A stretch of 64,000 bases of DNA from Phoronis australis (GCA_002633005.1 NMRA01000068.1:885092-949091), one strand, 5' to 3'; positions 52,901 through 63,560 are shown, numbered from the stretch's first letter. A program made the numbers and translations. The notes: generated from the sequence alone by a model not told the origin.

Positions 52901-55900
52901 GACGCCGATAACATGACGATGACAGAAACAATCGTGAGAGATGATGAAGGTGATGACGAGAGCAGACGTAACGATGATTAATAACGATGACGTTAATAAT
53001 TGACGAAATCGACCAATGACGTTGACTGATGAAAAAGGAACAGCGCGTGTTGTAGCAAATCACCGATAGATGGCGCTAGATGCAGTAAGTTCCCTGAAAT
53101 GGCTGCAGATTTCAGGATGCGCGTGGCTGAAGTGAACCGAGTTCGAAATAGCGCAGTTATAGACTAGAGTAATTGAGGGTCGTGAAAAGGATTTATACGG
53201 ATAGCCAGATGTCTAAGGAATGCAACGATACCAAAATCATTCATTTAGACTTACATTTAGTGGACTTATTTGGAATAAGTTAGGGTCCATTATATCCGAC
53301 TAGTGCCCGCAACATGTATATTCAGCGGCCCTGCAACCGATACATGTGCTGGGATGCGGAGCAGGATTTAATAACCAGACCGCATACCAACCAGACGTAT
53401 TGAGCTCGGACCATGGATAACCAGAATGTAAGGTAAGGCAACCTTGAGATTTTACTACAGCCAACTACAGGTAGTCGCCATACTGACTGAAAGCAGTTTC
53501 CCAGAATTCAACCAATGGAAATGACTGAATGTTATGATGCCGGAATTCATCACTTTAACCAATGAGAAGCCATGTGAAACAACATTCGACAGTGCTACCA
53601 TTCGTAGTACTGTGAAAGACTTGCCAACTTTTCGTCTTTTCAATGGGGCTATTCGGAGAATTGTCCTCGCGGTGTCGCTGCTGTACTAGTGGTGATTGAA
53701 TTGCGCATACGTGGCTGTGTGCATGTAAACAACTGGTAAAAGATGGAATTTTTATCAAAATACGTCGTCGCGCTAAGTCTTATTACTGCTAATTTCCCTG
53801 GTGCAAGTCTTCGACAGGTGGCCACAAATTCCCAAAAGACCTAAGGTTACTATATTCGTGGACAATTGNNNNNNNNNNNNNNNNNNNNNNNNNNNNNNNN
53901 NNNNNNNNNNNNNNNNNNNNNNNNNNNNNNNNNNNNNNNNNNNNNNNNNNNNNNNNNNNNNNNNNNNNNNNNNNNNNNNNNNNNNNNNNNNNNNNNNNNN
54001 NNNNNNNNNNNNNNNNNNNNNNNNNNNNNNNNNNNNNNNNNNNNNNNNNNNNNNNNNNNNNNNNNNNNNNNNNNNNNNNNNNNNNNNNNNNNNNNNNNNN
54101 NNNNNNNNNNNNNNNNNNNNNNNNNNNNNNNNNNNNNNNNNNNNNNNNNNNNNNNNNNNNNNNNNNNNNNNNNNNNNNNNNNNNNNNNNNNNNNNNNNNN
54201 NNNNNNNNNNNNNNNNNNNNNNNNNNNNNNNNNNNNNNNNNNNNNNNNNNNNNNNNNNNNNNNNNNNNNNNNNNNNNNNNNNNNNNNNNNNNNNNNNNNN
54301 NNNNNNNNNNNNNNNNNNNNNNNNNNNNNNNNNNNNNNNNNNNNNNNNNNNNNNNNNNNNNNNNNNNNNNNNNNNNNNNNNNNNNNNNNNNNNNNNNNNN
54401 NNNNNNNNNNNNNNNNNNNNNNNNNNNNNNNNNNNNNNNNNNNNNNNNNNNNNNNNNNNNNNNNNNNNNNNNNNNNNNNNNNNNNNNNNNNNNNNNNNNN
54501 NNNNNNNNNNNNNNNNNNNNNNNNNNNNNNNNNNNNNNNNNNNNNNNNNNNNNNNNNNNNNNNNNNNNNNNNNNNNNNNNNNNNNNNNNNNNNNNNNNNN
54601 NNNNNNNNNNNNNNNNATTGCATTGGAAAAAATTGACACCTAGAATGAATTTTACTTGTTGAGATCACAAGCACATTTTAAGTGTCATGAAAAATACACA
54701 TTGTTAAATCACTTTTAGCCTGTTTCACATATTTTAATTCAGATATTAAATAAGACTTGGGTACAAAGGTTATTAGTTTTTACACATAAACATGAAGATG
54801 AAATGTCAAGTATGTTCTGCCTTACAAAAGTAGTTTTGTCTTATCTTTTCTTTTACAATTTGCTAATATTTCTATTCTGTTACAGGCAAGAAAAAACAAC
54901 TGAAACCAACCGCCTGACCATCTATTTCACCGTTGGACAAAGTGAAAAGCAATCCTTCAGCAATAACCTGAGAACATTGAACGTAATTCAGAAATTCAGC
55001 ACCTGATATGCCTGATTATGGACTCCCTCGCAATGTTATTTCTTCCTGTGCTTTTTCAGTTTGCCATTTGTTTTTAAATACACTGATAATTGTTTATTCT
55101 CGAATCTTGTGCATAGCAAATTCTTATCCAGCTAGCTACAATTGAAAACATACAATAAGACAATCGATGCAGGCACTGAATGTCATTTCCCCATAATCTG
55201 TGCCAATAGTATAAAGCCTTTCTTCTGAAAGGAAAATTTAATGTCACTCAGCTTTTGGCTTTCATTTCACTGGGTTCTAGTTTCAATGGCCTATACACTG
55301 TAGAAGCGCTTGTAAAAAAGGTCCAGTTCCAACCCCTGGCTTTCTTTCATGTAACCTCATTCAGCCTCAATAACATCCACAATTAGACCCTTGAAGGTAA
55401 ACACAGCAGCATATCACTTGAATCGTTTCGAGCCCAAAATCAGACTCTGAACTAGACCAGAGTGTGACTAGGTCTTCTTTAGCTTCAGTCCCTCATGTTT
55501 CTTCCAGGAAAGGAAATAAGCTATTGTCCACACATGACTCACTGCCTATGAAAGAGCATCCTCACCAACAAGGCTTATTTGTGTAGCAGTCAGATATAGT
55601 TCGTCTGGATACACAGACACTCCAGTGGCACATTGTCTTATGGTAACTTAGTACTGCGATTCACATTTCTCCAGGGCCACTGACTTGCACATTGTGCCAT
55701 GCAGCACNGCTGTTCCTTTTCAAAGGCTTTGTTCGTTGTCTCCAATATTGAAAGTAGGCTTTGACAACAGATCTGCACTGGATGGGAAGATCTTGTTGGT
55801 TAGCTGAAGTCAAATGCTAAAAACCAATTTTTGTCCATTCAGGGACGGTGCAGAAGCGATGCATATCTCCTCTGCACGGTACAAGCCTTCAAACCTAAAA

Positions 55901-56677
55901 ACCAAAGGTTACGTGAAAACTGTACGTGATGATAGAGATTTCCATTTCAACGTGTAATAGATTTCCAGATGACATATGATAGGGAGTAAACAAATAGTCT
56001 AATGTGCCAATGGATATTTATCACTCGCGTACCCTTTGCCATAGGGATTGGATTGTAATCTTCATTAACCTGTATCGAGTTGACAGCATAAACATTCATC
56101 ATTGATTGATGTAACTGTCACTGATAAACTTTTAGAAATCATTCCAAACAATAATAATGCTTTGATGTACGAAAAGATCCCGATTGCTACGTCAAGTATC
56201 GTATCACATATCACAACATACAAAGATTAAACAGACTCAGGCTGGCTACTGACTGCCGCGAAGTCGACATCGGCGAGTGCCTCAGTTAACAGGCATCGGT
56301 AGAATAATCATGGAATAATCGTTAATATAATCACAAACCTTACCTTTGTATGAGGTCGTGCTTACTTCCTCTCATAGAAGCACCCCTTTTACGCAATCTC
56401 AGATTCAGTTGGCACAGCTGCAAGCCATTTTACCATGTATTTAAATGGCTCGCGAAATCGAGGCTGTTAATCTATCACCACTAGTACACGAACGCCCTCT
56501 AGTTATAGTAGATTTTCCGAATAGCCCCATTAGAGGGCCTCAGCCTCAGGCTCAGTTTGCCTGGTATAAAACTATAACCTGATAATCAAAAGCGTAACCT
56601 TACCAAGGGATGCCAGATCTCTTGTATGAATTTGGATCTTCCCTAAAAGGACGCCCGCTTACAGACCGTTTTGGCAT
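43904..56677 (-). CDS. RBM41: RNA-binding protein 41-like (C-terminal RRM; paralog of U11/U12-65K/RNPC3); 6 exons, about 441 aa
   Basis: Exons (minus): 56604-56677 (inferred from phase), 50008-50175, 49226-49427, 47960-48598, 44959-45106, 43904-43998; total 1326 nt in frame. Motifs: ETEAERQLK, LRQLGL..EI, KVLSRHEMDLE, IPRFKNYVPGTPNNTLFLKNLSPKITEVDLVSLF, SGRMKGQAFVTF, ALQLVNGYPLKGKPIVIVYGK. Confidence 0.88.
44959..45106 (-). CDS. RBM41: RBM41-like exon 5 (RRM)
   Basis: TLFLKNLSPKITEVDLVSLFQRY...GRMKGQAFVTFH|GTAAGA. Confidence 0.9.
45162..45415 (+). repeat. ~21-bp degenerate minisatellite in RBM41 intron 4
   Basis: Unit approximately AAAACCTGCCTTCCATCACA, about 11 copies. Confidence 0.85.
47960..48598 (-). 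CDS. RBM41: RBM41-like exon 4
   Basis: Contains ORF 47933-48562; ends IPRFKNYVPGTPNN|GTGAGT. Confidence 0.88.
49226..49427 (-). CDS. RBM41: RBM41-like exon 3
   Basis: HEANYRTFTKSTILQPLTKDVSGEMSF...LRQLGLSDDEII...|GTGAGT. Confidence 0.85.
50008..50175 (-). CDS. RBM41: RBM41-like exon 2
   Basis: ...EDIETEAERQLKVLREKQTDKTLSLK|GTATGA; alternative in-frame ATG at 50135. Confidence 0.8.
50944..52423 (+). mobile_element. Non-autonomous Kolobok-like DNA transposon with THAP domain and ~310-bp TIRs
   Basis: Termini AGGCGAAG.. / ..CTTCGCCT followed by TTAA (left flank TAAA). ORF 51209 MPRCCCVLGC..HRFP....W..KHF..LKKGSIPSL is a THAP domain. A KFIV..LELFRRCHVC motif lies at ~51955-52005. There is an internal 170-bp tandem duplication, 51311-51480 / 51481-51650. 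Confidence 0.78.
52611..53307. mobile_element. Almost fully palindromic Mutator-like MITE
   Basis: Inverted arms of ~300 bp beginning GGCACTAGTCGGATATAATGGACCCTAACTTATTCC; exact 9-bp TSD CGCAACATG. Confidence 0.88.
53645..56528. mobile_element. Degenerate ISL2EU/Harbinger-related DNA transposon with convergent ORF remnants
   Basis: TIRs GGGGCTATTCGGA.AAT / ATTTTCCGAATAGCCCC flanked by AT on both sides. Plus-strand THAP pieces YC*FPWCKSSTGGHKFPKD..W (~53780-53868) and KQLKPTA*PSI (~54890). Minus-strand SAP-like LRKRGASMRGSKHDLIQR|GTAAG (~56344-56400). Contains the N gap. Confidence 0.6.
53869..54616. other. Assembly gap (748 N)
   Basis: Run of N. Confidence 1.
56604..56677 (-). CDS. RBM41: RBM41-like putative exon 1
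   Basis: ATG..MPKRSVSGRPFREDPNSYKRSGIP with a strong GTAAGG donor; phase 2 matches the acceptor at 50175. No recognisable homology, so inferred. Confidence 0.55.
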
Positions 56678-56989
56678 GACGGCAACGAATTTCTGTACTG
56701 GTGTACTGCTTTAAGCTACACAGGTGAGTCAAGTAAATAAAACGCCAGTCCCTTTACCGGAAGTACGTAAAAACTGTATGTCGTGATTCTTATTTTCGTT
56801 TCGAACCATTAACCACGCAAAAGTAGTAGATTGTTTTAATTGAATTACCATATCTTACGAGATTTTAGTATGAAATGAACACGTTTACAATGCTAAACAG
56901 CAGTTTTGTTTAACAGCATTTTTTGATTTGCGACATACGATACGACCAGATTGCGGCAACATATTTTGGACGATCTGTTAAATATAACA
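56678..56989. promoter_or_regulatory. Putative bidirectional promoter between RBM41 and MCTS1
   Basis: Divergent ATGs 312 bp apart; ETS-type CCGGAAGT at ~56757-56764; locally CpG-richer. Confidence 0.5.
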
Positions 56990-59900
56990 ATGTTTAAAAA
57001 GTAAGCATTTGCTCCTACATCTTCATCAGCCGTAACTAGTTTAGATTTATATTTTTCATTAATATTGAATTTTTAGTTAGCCTTCCATAGGTCAGTGATC
57101 TGTCATCCATGTCCGTGTTGCGGTCGTGGATAGGCAATATTTAAGCACCGTCGCTAGACAGTCGGTGCATCTTGGCTTTAATCACCCCTCGACGATATGT
57201 ATATGGTCGAGGGCTGATTAAAGGTGCCTGTGGTCAGTGCCACCAACCGTCTGGATTAGCCCCAGTCAGGGCCAGTAGCAGACGGCAGTGCCAGGGCAGA
57301 CAATGAAGCTCCTATAGCGCTTCATACGCCGGAACCTTTTTGTCGAATTTTGCCTCACACTGACTGAGTAAAACATCTAACTTCTAAGTATTAAGTCCCG
57401 TTGCAGCACCTTTGGCACGGTGTATATGCCGTACCTTTGTTGAGAAGCACCATCTGAATAAAACCTTCACCAATTAAGCGTGACACCAAAGTGCATATAT
57501 GTACAGATTGGATCGGCACTAGTAGGATATAATGGAATGGACCCTAACTTATTCCAAATGACGTTGACTGATGAAAAAGGAACAGTATGTGTTGTAGCAG
57601 ATCGCCGATAGATGGCGCTAGGTATAGTAAGTTCCCTGAAATGGCTGCTGATTTGACCATGCGCGTGGCTTAAGTGGACGGAGTTCGGAATAGCGTAGTT
57701 ATAGAACGGAGTAATTGAGGGTTGTAATGTGGATATGTACGGATAGCCAGATGTCTGAGGAATGCAACGATATCAAAATCATTCATTTAGACCCACATTT
57801 AGTGGATTTATTTGGAATAAGTTAGGGTTCATTATATCCGACTAGTGCCTCGGTAATGTAGTAATAGCCGAGATCACCCGACTCGGGAATCGAACTAGCG
57901 AACCCCATAAAACCGGCAAGCATGCTAACCATTCAGCTAATAGGCAATTGTCCATTAGCGAGTGGCTAACAGAGGCTCATATATGATTCACCGGAAGCAC
58001 GTCTACAACATTCCCCCCTTTCCTACGGAACGGGCACATCACCAGGAAGGTGAACACCAGGATGTCTCCCATACGTAGGTCATCAACGTTCCTTGGTACT
58101 TTTACCACCACAACACAGGTGAACACAAGGTAGTCTCTCATACACAGGTCCTTGACTCTTGCAATCTTCCATGCGCGCCGTCCCGAGGTCTGTGGGTACT
58201 AATTGGTAGTGCTTCATCGGTATGTCATCCGTTTGCCGACTACGCCATTTGTAGTAATAGCCGAGATCACCCAACTCAGGAATGGAACCAGCGACCCCCA
58301 TAAAACCGGCAAGCGTGCTAACCATTCAGCTAATAGGCAATTGCCCGTTAGCAAGTGGCTAACAGAGGTTCATATATTATTCACCGGAAGCACGTCCACA
58401 CAGTAATCTCTGGAGAACTCCGACAGTACTCATCCGCAACACACCTGATATTCCTCAGCCCAACATCTTTCTCCTGCTCTACCCCTAAATAACCATCCTC
58501 AATCTTGACAGCCACTGAAATATTATTTTCCTGATTATTCTGTCTTGCGCTGGTATACTCCTCACTCCCATCCCCTACACAAAATACCACATAATCTTAA
58601 CAACCCAGACAACCCACACCAGCCTCTTCATCACCGGCTTCCCAACCCCCTGAACATTGAGAGATCCAGATGCCCATCATTAACTCATGAATCAAAGTTA
58701 ACCCATTTCTGATATGCTATGACGCAATACTTACAAGTCCCACTAGGCAAATTCTTAACATTGACAGTCGCCTGATAATTCAAACACTTATCCACAAACC
58801 TATACAATACATCTGCATTCACATGAGCCTTACCCGACCGATACACAATCTCAAAGTCATATTGGCTTAATTCTTCTAACCAATGTGCTAATTGATCCCT
58901 TGGGTCTTTAAAATTCAAGACGACACCACGCTATTATGATCACACTGTCCTAACAGTAAAATGTTTTTCCAATAAGTAATGCCGAAACTGTTTCACAAAC
59001 TTAAGAGCAGCTAACAATTTCTTCCATGTCATACAATACCTTTTCTGCTCCTTGGTTAACGCCGCACTCCCATGAGCAATTACTCTCTCAACTCGTCCTT
59101 GAATCAGAATCAACTCATCACCAACACATCCACATCAAGCACAAACTGACCCTCACTATTGGGCAAGGACAATACCGGGGGTGACGTCAATGCTATCTTC
59201 TATACAGAAAGTTTCCTACTGATCACTACTCCAAACATATTTCTGCTTCCCAGTTGTCACATACAATGGATCAGCCATTTCTGCAAAATTCTTGAAGATA
59301 GTTGATAGTTACAAAATCCCAAAAACCTCTCCATTTCGTTGGTAGTCTCAGGTTTCTTCCACTCCTGTACCGATGTTATATGCTCCTCTCCCATGAATAA
59401 CTCATTACTCATAACTTGAGGACCCAAAAAGGTAGCTTGCTCTTTAAACAACTCACACTTTCTTAAATTTAAACCAAGCCCATATTTCCTAAACCTTTCA
59501 AAAACCAACCTAAGATTAGCCAAATGATTATCCATCGCCAAGCCCATAACCAAAATATCATCCAGAAATGCAATAACCTTTCCCCACAGAAGACCCTGTA
59601 AAACCAAGGATATGCTCCGTGAGTACGTCGCACCACTATTCTTCAACTCAAACGGCATACGAATAAACTCAAAAGTCCCCTGCTTAGTTAAAAACGCAGT
59701 TTTTTTTTTCACTGTGATATATATTTATTGAAGGATACACAGAACATACAAAGAAATAATAACAAACCCAGAAACCGCAGTCTTATGCTCATCACCCTCC
59801 TTAAGTTTAACCTGATAATATGCCAAATTAGCATCCAATTTACTATACAAACAACTCCCTGCCATCGAATCAACACATTCCTCAATAAGCAGAAGAGGAG

Positions 59901-62900
59901 CAGTATCTCTCTTAGTCACCTTATTCATCTCCCTGTAGTCAGTCAGATATCTAATCGAACCATCACTCTTATAATACCAGGAGCAATCACATACTTGAAA
60001 ACTGATCTGATAATCCGTGCCTCCAACATTGTCTTTCAGTGTGTTCTTTCTTCATCCACAAACTCTATAGGGGTCCATCGCATCCTTAACTTAATTGGCA
60101 TAGAATCCCCCACATCTATGTCATGCTTAATAGCTTCTAAACTATCCAAATCAAAACCAATCTTGGCAAGGACATCTCGATACCCTAACAATTACAGTTC
60201 TTTCACCTTCAGCGCATCTTCAGCTGACCTACCCTCCACAGACTTATAGAGTTCCCACCATACATTTTCTTAGTTTTTGAGGTTTCTTTTAGCTAATATG
60301 AAATGAATACCATGGAATCTAAGTAAATAAACTCTTTTTATGCCAAATAGTCTTGATTTTTTAATTATAAAAGAATAATTATTTCCAAGTTTGCCGCCAA
60401 ATGATGTAATGGGTGGAAGATGTTTGGTCTCTTGACAATCAATTGCAATGGCAGAACAAAGCTGATCAGAAGACTGGGACGATTTTGAGCGAGAACTGGC
60501 CATGTAGACAGATAAGAGAGCCGATATAGGTACCAAACTTGAGTACTTGAAGAATCACATAAATTTGATTTCTCACTTACCGAACTTTCGTCGGCTTTGA
60601 GGCCGTATGAACTTGACCCACTTGCATGAGACATATGTGAGCCACAACCAACTGAACCAAGAGTTGGTCAATATTCAGAAAATAGGCATTTGATAACCAA
60701 GGACAAAGGCCACAGTAAACCTAGGTCACTCGTGTTCACTATTGGAATGAGCACAGTCTAAGCACAATGCATCAGCCTACATGTCGTAGCACTCGATCAG
60801 GGCTGGGGTCGAGGGCCTAGCATTATTGGTCCTAGAATGGAAGCAGTTTGTTTGTTACAAGGTGGTGAATCCTTCATTGTAATTCCACTTTTGTGTTTGG
60901 TTGAAAAACGTTTCCTAGAAATGTGTGGCTCCCTACTGAATCGCACATTCCACACTGGCATTCCACACTCTCGTGCAGTGCACAAACTGATGTCATTTCT
61001 GTGCAACTTTCTCGTTTGTGAACACAGAGATGTTATCAGTGAAGTTGCTGATACTACAGCCTCTACAAATGCACCTTTTCATGTCTGAAAAGGCAGATGT
61101 CTGTAGACTTTCCTCACAACTCCTCGGTATTGCACTGCTAAAAACAACGGCGGAGATGGTCTTCTACCCATGACGTACAACCCCGATAACAGAAAAACGT
61201 ATATATTTTAAAAACTTTTTTGGCATGTTTCTTAGCAACTGGTATACTAAAGGCTATTATATCTTTTAAGCTGTATTAACAAAATTCTTTTGAGACACAG
61301 GTTCATGGTAGGAACTCTTTAACATACAACTCCCTAATATGCTCTGGAACTCCATTCACCTCAACTGGAACCCCCACCTGCCATACCTCAATGCAATCAC
61401 TGTCTTCAAACCCAACCATAGCTACCACTTCATTAGCTCTCACCACTTCAGACACATTAGCAAAATTAACTATGTGCACCCATACCTCGCCTGCTTCAAC
61501 CACACAAGGCTCCTGCCACACCATAACACCTGATTCCTTAACTGACTTAATCCATCCCACACCATTTTAATCATTCACTTTACAGCGAACCGCTTTAACA
61601 GACATCAGAGGAACTACCACATGTTTAAATGAACTAATCATTTCATCTCCTACTGTCTGTTCAACAGTTCAACACTTCCCTTAAACAGCCGACAAGAATG
61701 ACTACCATCTTTCACCACCAAATTTTTGAAATCTAACATCAACACATTCCTCTTTATCATATCGAACCCCAATAGCATATCATCCTCAATCGTTGCCATA
61801 TATAACCTGGTACCATATACCTTAGTACCCATGCGAAGAGAAACCATCTCCAAGTCTCTTCCAGCTGTACTCATCCTAACTGCCTTAACAATCTTAGGTT
61901 TACGAGGCAAAGAATTATACAGATGATTAGAAACTACCATAACTTGAGCACCACAATCCAATACTGCCTAATTCTTGCCCCCAACCACTACCTCTTCAAA
62001 ACACGTTTTATCAACAGTTACCCTTTTTTATCTCCGACTTCACACTATCTGCCCTACTTAAACCCCCATACCTCTCCACCCAGTCACATCGATCTCAGCT
62101 CTCCTAATCAGACCCTTCAAATGGATTGAAGGTCAGTCTAATTCTCTAATCCCATGCCGTTTAAATCATCACTACTACCACTAACCTCTTTGTCAATCCT
62201 CCTACTCCCGTCCTTCCAAATAACCCCTCCTTCTACCTTCAGTACTCTCATCCCCTCTGCCATCCGACTCCTTACCCGTACGACATATACTCTTATCAGT
62301 CCTGTTTTATCTCTGGCACTGCATGGTGATGGTAAAAGCTCCAGGAATTGAGGACCTGTTTGCGAGACAACCCTGTGTTCACCTGTTTTGTGGTGGTAAA
62401 GGTATCAAGGGAAGTTGATGACCTGTATGCGAGACATCCTGGTGTTCATCTTACCTGGCGGCCCATCTGTTCCGCAGAAAAGATGGGAATGTTGTAGATG
62501 TGGTTCTAGTGAATCATATGAGCCTCTGTTAGCCACTCGCTAACGGGCAATTTTCTATTAGCTGAATGGTAAGCTGGTCGCTGATTTGATTCCTGGATTG
62601 ATTAATCTCGGCTTCTACTGCAGCATTGAGGAACCACTGTGTGTTTTTAGTTCACAATTGTAGTTAGTAATTGCCGAGGCGACCCAAGAATCAAGACAGC
62701 GACCCTGACAAAACCAGCAAGCATGCTAACCATTCAGCTAATCAGCAATTAACTATTAACATTCCCTCTTTCCAATGGATCATGCTTGTCTACCAACTGC
62801 AAATCTGGGCCAGTACCTTGTGCCATGGAATTTGTCCTCATCAACCCTCTTCTTATGTTCTGGATTAACACCATGCATCCCATTCAAGGTTCACAGCGAC

Positions 62901-63294
62901 CTAGTTGGCAATTTTTTTATCAGTAAATAATCCGTTTGCCAACTACCAGAACACCAAATATAGCACTGACAAGATCACCCGACTCGACAAAACTGGCAAG
63001 TGTGCTAACCATTCAGTTAATATAGGCAATTGCCCATTAGCGGGCCCCCCCTAAATCCGCCTATGGGACTATACTTGCCTTCAGTCACATTGCTGTTAAA
63101 TCATAATTTTACCCATTCTGTGTTGAATTCCACTTGTTTAGATTTGATGACAAGGAGAGTGTATCGGGTGTGAACAATGTGAAGTCATCTGTTCAGCGTG
63201 GAATCAAGGCCAAGTTACTAGAGAGCTGCCCACATATAGAAAACTACCTAGATGATATTCTACCAAAGAAAGGAGCACTTAGAGTTGCAAAATG
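56990..63294 (+). CDS. MCTS1: Malignant T-cell-amplified sequence 1 (translation re-initiation factor, PUA domain), exons 1-2; gene continues beyond the window
   Basis: 11-nt exon 1 ATGTTTAAAAA|GTAAGC (56990-57000) and exon 2 63142-63294 (tttag|..TG|GTAATT) give MFKKFDDKESVSGVNNVKSSVQRGIKAKLLESCPHIENYLDDILPKKGALRVAKC, the MCTS1/Tma20 N-terminus. Confidence 0.9.
57515..57849. mobile_element. Internally deleted copy of the 52611-53307 MITE
   Basis: Same termini GGCACTAGT..ACTAGTGCC; the right arm is homologous to ~53015-53307 and the left arm is truncated; no clear TSD. Confidence 0.8.
57857..58402 (-). mobile_element. TRIM (miniature non-autonomous LTR retrotransposon) with tRNA-like LTRs, Helenus-like
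   Basis: LTRs 57857-58010 and 58250-58402 (TG..CA, ~154 bp); exact TSD GTAA; PBS TGGCGTAGTCGGCA (58234-58247, minus); PPT AGGAAAGGGGGGAA (58011-58024, minus); A-box TAGCTGAATGG and B-box GTTCGATTCC within the LTR. Confidence 0.88.
58407..62330 (-). mobile_element. Degenerate Ty3/Gypsy internal region in MCTS1 intron 1
   Basis: Protease DCGAQ (61650-61961); RT (59725-59928 SKLDANLAYYQ, 59257-59712 AFLDD); RNase H and linker (58685-59150, LAHWLEELSQYDFEIVYRSGKAHVNAD); no own LTRs recognised. Confidence 0.85.
60270..61300 (-). mobile_element. Insertion interrupting the Gypsy remnant; degenerate THAP-containing DNA transposon fragment
   Basis: From ATG 61082(-): MKRCICRGCS...SVF...QK*HQFVHCTR.W......HF*ETFF, a THAP-like C-C-W-HF pattern with stops; Gypsy sequence resumes on both sides. 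Confidence 0.45.
62350..63042. mobile_element. Two further degenerate copies of the tRNA-LTR TRIM
   Basis: 62350-62622 is an inverted copy (internal region plus LTR 62490-62622). 62659-63042 is a same-orientation copy with two partial LTRs (GCTAACCATTCAG.TAA) and a PBS relic CCGTTTGCCAACTAC. Confidence 0.75.
63142..63294 (+). CDS. MCTS1: MCTS1 exon 2
   Basis: FDDKESVSGVNNVKSSVQRGIKAKLLESCPHIENYLDDILPKK; not in the ORF track. Confidence 0.9.
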
Positions 63295-63422
63295 GTAATT
63301 TAATTATTTTGTTATGGGTTACGTATGTTTTGGTCAGATTATAATGCATTGCTCCCTTTCAACCTTTTGTGTGTTTGTTTTTATCTTGATTCTTACCTTT
63401 GAAATGTTGCAAGTTCATATTA

Positions 63423-63560
63423 CATGGGCGGCACACCATAGGGGGCTGGGGGGGGCTATAGCCCCCACTTTTTTCAGTGCTACGCCACACATGGTCTATA
63501 GGTGGTGCACCAAGAGGGGGCTTTAGCCCCCCACTTCTTTCAGTGCTGCGCCGCCCATTT
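63423..63560. mobile_element. GC-rich hAT-like MITE
   Basis: CATGGGCGGCAC ... GCGCCGCCCAT termini with GGGGGCTATAGCCCCC internal palindromes. Confidence 0.55.

Noticed and set aside
53773-54674. Four long ORFs in the ORF track
   Set aside because: Artefacts of translating the N gap.
43904-56677. U12-type introns in the minor-spliceosome-related RBM41 gene
   Set aside because: All inferred donors are ordinary U2-type (GTAAG, GTGAG, GTATG); no RTATCCTT motif.
57880-57950. tRNA gene call for the A/B-box segment
   Set aside because: No convincing acceptor stem or anticodon arm; it is an integral part of the TRIM LTR.
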